Source of the DNA: Schmidtea polychroa
Taxonomy: Eukaryota
Direction of reading: 5' to 3'
NCBI GenBank assembly: GCA_044892525.1
Contig: CM097885.1
Coordinates: forward strand, 244,900,001 to 244,964,000
Length of the DNA stretch: 64,000 nt
The translations under genes and the position numbers were made by a program. Position 1 is the first letter of the stretch; each line of letters opens with the position of its first letter. The notes beneath the pieces are model-generated. The model worked only from the letters and a program-made list of their open reading frames with translations, did not search any database and was not told the origin of the DNA. Below are positions 59,291-64,000 of the stretch, one piece after another.

Positions 59291-61912
59291 GAGAATACGA
59301 TTAATTTTTCGTACAGTTTTCTTTCGCGACATCGATCGATCGTTTTGAAACCAGTAACGTACGACGGATAAGTAATTGACACTCATCATATAAACATACG
59401 CTCGTAACTTGTCGATGCATGATCTATATCACAATTCGGACTGTGAACTTGGTGAGGAGTAGTCATAACACAGAGGCTCACTGTCCATCAGTTCCGACCT
59501 GCGTATACACTTCCAACTTGAACTATCATCACGGGTATACGTATGGGAAATCAGTGGTAAACCATGAAGGGTACTCGGAGGAAAAAACTGAGCATACAAA
59601 AAACGTCCGCAAGTATCCAACAAAATATATAATTTTATAAGATAATATTTTCCATACTTCATCAGTAATCCATTTGTTATTTCGGACATGTTATCAAGAT
59701 AATTTTACCACATTTTCTAATTTGTTTTTCGTTTGTAATTCGTTTTTAGATTGTACTTATGAATTTAAAACAACTTTTTGATGTTTGATTTATTGATTAG
59801 TTATTTTCTTCTCTTCACAACTGCTTCTCAGAATTCTGGAACAACACCCTCTGTAATATATATTACCTCCTCGTACTTATTTTGCTCACTTAAATGATTA
59901 TTCAATTTTATTATTTAGGTATTCTCAACATTATTAAAGAAATATAATAAATGCCAGCTGGAAATAATTATAATTATTTATTTTTCATTTACCGTAAAAC
60001 CTTTAAACAAAGTATAGATGATATAAAATTAACTTATTTTCTGTCAAATTTATTTTTAACTTATTTTTACTAAATAGTTTTAAAAACATAAATTAGAAAA
60101 ACTCACGAGCCTGCTAAGAGAATAAGTTTGCTAGATATGAAAAAAAATCCTATCCTATTTTGCGGATCATTGGAGAAAATTGGACAGTTTTTTCTTATAA
60201 GACAATTCAAATAAATAAGTCCATCATTTTTATGGAGTCATTAAAATTTTCGAACTAAAATTAGTCATGTTCAGTCAAATCTTGCTCTGAAAATGAATTT
60301 TTCTCTTTTTGTCATTACGGCGGGGAATAATTTTGTAACCTAAGTCACTAACGCATCAAATAGTTAGTAAATGAATTATAAATTATTAAATAAATTAGTA
60401 AATGAATCAAGTCATTTTCTGACAGGTTAAATAAATTCTTAAGTCACTAGTTTAAACTGGTTTTTCTTCGTCGTTAATCATAACAAATTTCCGTATTCTG
60501 GGATATACGAGGTAGATAGTATTACGAAGAATTGTCTCATCAATCGCCCATTAAGTGCTCTGTGTCTATGGACCAGTCCTGGTTTTATTGAGACCAATTT
60601 CCTTAGCAAATCAAACCCCAAATATTATCATCATCTTAGTTCTGGTAGTTCAAGGTGTTTTACTTTTCAAAATTTTAAGAACAATTTTATATAGTTCACT
60701 GAGAATGTAAGGTTGACTTGGTTCATCTGAAGTTTTAAGAAAAAAAATCATTCAATTCAATTTCATGGGTCTCAAGAACATTCACTCGCTTTCGTGAGAG
60801 ACAGAAATGTATGTGATGGAGTAGTAAATTAGGGACCAGCACTTCACGAAAAGTGTGCATGTTAGTAGAGATTCGTCTGTCACGATAATATTACATTATT
60901 GTGGTTGTTCTATTTTAGATATGCTCCCCATTCTGTCTGTAGCATTTACTAATGACTCGTGTTACGTTAAATGGAAAATGAAGTTCGAATGATCCATCAG
61001 ATGCATTGCTTCCCTACCCTACTATGAATAATGAAATAATGCAGGACTTCTTTCGTTTTTAGCAAAAAGCAATTGTGTAAAAAGAACTAATCGAAATAAG
61101 AGATTTAATAAAAGCAACTGACGAATAAATTGGTAAAAGATTCTAAAAAATCATTAAGGTAAAAACAGACAGAGGACAATGTAAATGTATAAGAAGAGTT
61201 ATGATACAAAATAAGAATGGTATAGACTATGAAGATAGTGATGACAACAAGCAATGAAGAGGAATATAGAATGTCTTTAACAACACCGTCTTGATCAGTT
61301 AGACGAGGGAACAGAGAAAATCCCTTTCTGCGATCAGTAAAATAAAACCACTTTAAACTAATACATCTATCAGTATTTGATGAGAATGTTGCCACCTTTA
61401 AATATACATTCAATAAAATATGAACTTAGCTAAATAAATGTTGAAGTTTTGATAATAATTAAACTATTTCAAAGTGGCGACTACAACAACAAACTCAAGA
61501 CAACTGCAGTAACTTGACCTATTCTTTATTCTTATTATCAATTTTAATTTAAATAGGTTATAGTCGTTTTATACAAATTTTTAGTTATTTATTTTGTAAA
61601 TTTTTATTTACAAATTTCGTTTTTACATTATGTTATATTTTCAATTTAAATAATAAATGATTTTTATTACATTCTTTTTCCAAACTCTGATATTTAAATT
61701 TAATTTAAGTATTGCATTATTCTTTACATCAATATTTATAGATTTGTTTTAATTTTATAACCTTTGTATTATTTTTAAGTTAAATAATAATTCTTAATTT
61801 TTACTGAAAGTTATTATTAATCTTTATTTGATAATTTATTCTGATTTTCATTTTATATTTGCATCAATGTCATTTTAAAATAATCTCACAATTATTTAGA
61901 CAAATTAATTAC

Positions 61913-62199
61913 ATGCAGAACAATATTTCATCAGTTGCTGCTAATAGCATGTACCATCAAAATAGCATAGGAAGTTTAGCCAGTGTTTTTAATGCAATAC
62001 AAACACCAAATTCCCATTCTATTAAAAAAGATAATAATGAAGCACCTTTAAATTTAATTTCTCATTCAAATAATTTGTGTAATGAAACAGCTGGTCAAAT
62101 TAGTATTGGGAGCATAGTTGGTCGTACTCCGGTTACTCCTCATACTCCTTCTACTCCTATGCTTGATAAAGAAATTGTGATGCCTACTCCTCAGTTACA
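61913..62199 (+). CDS. TBP: TATA-binding protein, N-terminal exon (start Met inferred)
   Basis: Ends TPVTPHTPSTPM..IVMPTPQLQ with a CA|GT donor, matching the TBP P-Q-L-Q-N junction; 42-bp intron follows. Confidence 0.8.
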
Positions 62200-62241
62200 G
62201 TAAAATGTCTAGAATTGATTTTATTGCTTAATATAAATTAG

Positions 62242-62589
62242 AAATATTGTATGCACTGTAAATTTGGGATGTAAATTAGATTTGAAATCAATTGCTCTTC
62301 ATGCCAGGAACGCTGAATACAATCCAAAACGTTTTGCAGCTGTTATAATGAGAATAAGAACACCTCGAACTACTGCTCTTATATTCTCGTCTGGAAAAAT
62401 GGTTTGTACTGGCGCAAAAAGTGAAGATGAAGCTAAATTAGCGGCTCGAAAGTTTGCTCGAATTATCCAAAAATTAGATTTTGATGCGAAATTTATGAAT
62501 TTTAAAATTCAAAACATGGTCGGTTCTTGTGACGTCAAATTTCCCATACGTTTGGAAGGTATATGTCTTTCACACACCCAGTTCGCTAC
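62242..62589 (+). CDS. TBP: TATA-binding protein core exon
   Basis: [60 protein letters not shown]...[17 protein letters not shown]. Confidence 0.98.
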
Positions 62590-62634
62590 GTTGGTTAATT
62601 AATTCTAACTATGATTTAATTTGATAATCGACAG

Positions 62635-62729
62635 ATATGAACCAGAATTGTTTCCCGGATTAATTTATCGAATGGGTAAACCGAAAATTGTTCTTTTGAT
62701 TTTCGTTTCGGGAAAAATAGTCTTAACAG
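62635..62729 (+). CDS. TBP: TATA-binding protein exon; final exon not found in window
   Basis: [31 protein letters not shown](G), flanked by AG and GT. Confidence 0.97.
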
Positions 62730-64000
62730 GTTAGATGAAGATTTAATTAAAAACAATTTCTAAATTTTATTGAATTATATATTTTAATATTAACATTAAA
62801 TGAATTTAAATTATAAATTTTTATATTGATCCTTTAACTCGTAATTATTTTAAATAATTAATTAATCATAATTAAATAATTAATTACGCCTTAGGAACTT
62901 ATTTTGTCTGGGCTTCTGTAGTGCAACTTTCTCCTTCATTAGTTAATAGTCAAACTATATTTATTTAAACCAACGTATAAGATGAAATCAGCAATTGTTA
63001 ATGAGAAACATTATTAAAATTGTTGTTATTAATAAAAACAGAATTTTTTACAAAATAGAAAAATGTAAAAATACATAAAAATCTAATCAGTACACAACTA
63101 AATAATTTTCTTTTATTTTTATTAACTTAAAAAAAATTAACCAATGAAATTAATTTAAAATATAATTTAATTGATTTTTATTCTCTCTTGTATAACATAA
63201 ACTAGTATTGATTGGCTGATGCTTAATAAGGCCTTTCACAAAAATTTATCGTTATTCTTAGGAATTTTAATCACTTACTGTCCATTAGCAACAACTTTGT
63301 GATGAAGGGTGACCTTGTTATGGCAGCAATTTACAACATTATAATTTTAATTAAATTCAATTTGAATGTTTGACTAGTAACTAAATCTGGGAATTCAAAA
63401 CGTATAAACCGGTTACTTGGGAATAAACCAGTTTTTAACACTGCATTTCACGCCCCAATAGTGAATGATTATATGAATAATTTCTTATTGAGACCGACAA
63501 TATTATTATACAATCACAAATCATGTTTGTAAAGTCGCATCAAAAATCGGTGTATTTTCTTTTTTTATTATGTCGATTGAAAATTTTTACAAATAAATTA
63601 ATTGAATGTCTTCCTTTATTATTTGTGTGAAGTTTTGTGAAAATAAATTGTGTAATAAATTGAGTTATTTCATAATAGGTTTTATATAGTAAAGTGGAGT
63701 AAATACTGTTTATCTGTGTTATTGGCAGTTGGTTTCGATCACAGAGTCTGATTTAAAATAGCTCGTCCCAGCCGATGGGGGAAACGGGTATCGTGAAATG
63801 CTTATCAGATATTTTTCTGTTTTCCTGATCGCAATTTTCTTTGGCTTATTCTCTTGACAGTTGTCGCAATATTTTCTTTTATATCAGAAACTCTTATATG
63901 TTAAATTTCTTATTTCCATCTTTATTTTCATTTTGTATTTTAAATTATCGATTTTCCTTTGATTACACACAAAGTCTATACAACGACTTGCAGTCATCTT

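Overview
This is an AT-rich animal genomic window with short (42-46 bp) GT-AG introns; the species cannot be named from the sequence. It holds two host genes: a 7-exon non-alpha (beta1/UNC-29-like) nicotinic acetylcholine receptor subunit (28864-42003, +) and TBP (from about 61913, +, last exon not found in the window). A truncated TBP duplicate lies upstream of the receptor gene. Most of the rest is nested mobile DNA. The standout is a young 14.9-kb Ty3/gypsy-type LTR element (42180-57054, -) with LTRs, 4-bp TSD, tRNA-Trp PBS and PPT. After removing one extra base in RT, it encodes one ~3,350-aa polyprotein: Gag (4 CCHC), two ubiquitin-like domains, an AT-hook, a signal peptide plus class-III (gB/chuvirus-like) envelope glycoprotein, PR, RT, RNase H, IN, and a second signal peptide plus FN3-like type-I membrane protein. 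A third ORF carries an apparently inactive REX4/ISG20-like exonuclease. Also present: a 16.3-kb pol-less Gag-only LTR element (175-16455), a deleted LTR element with a PBS after both LTRs, an hAT whose terminus has amplified into a 227-bp satellite, pogo and hAT MITEs, and a repeat-filled region ending in a GC hairpin. All domain calls are by-eye motif recognition; no database searches were run.
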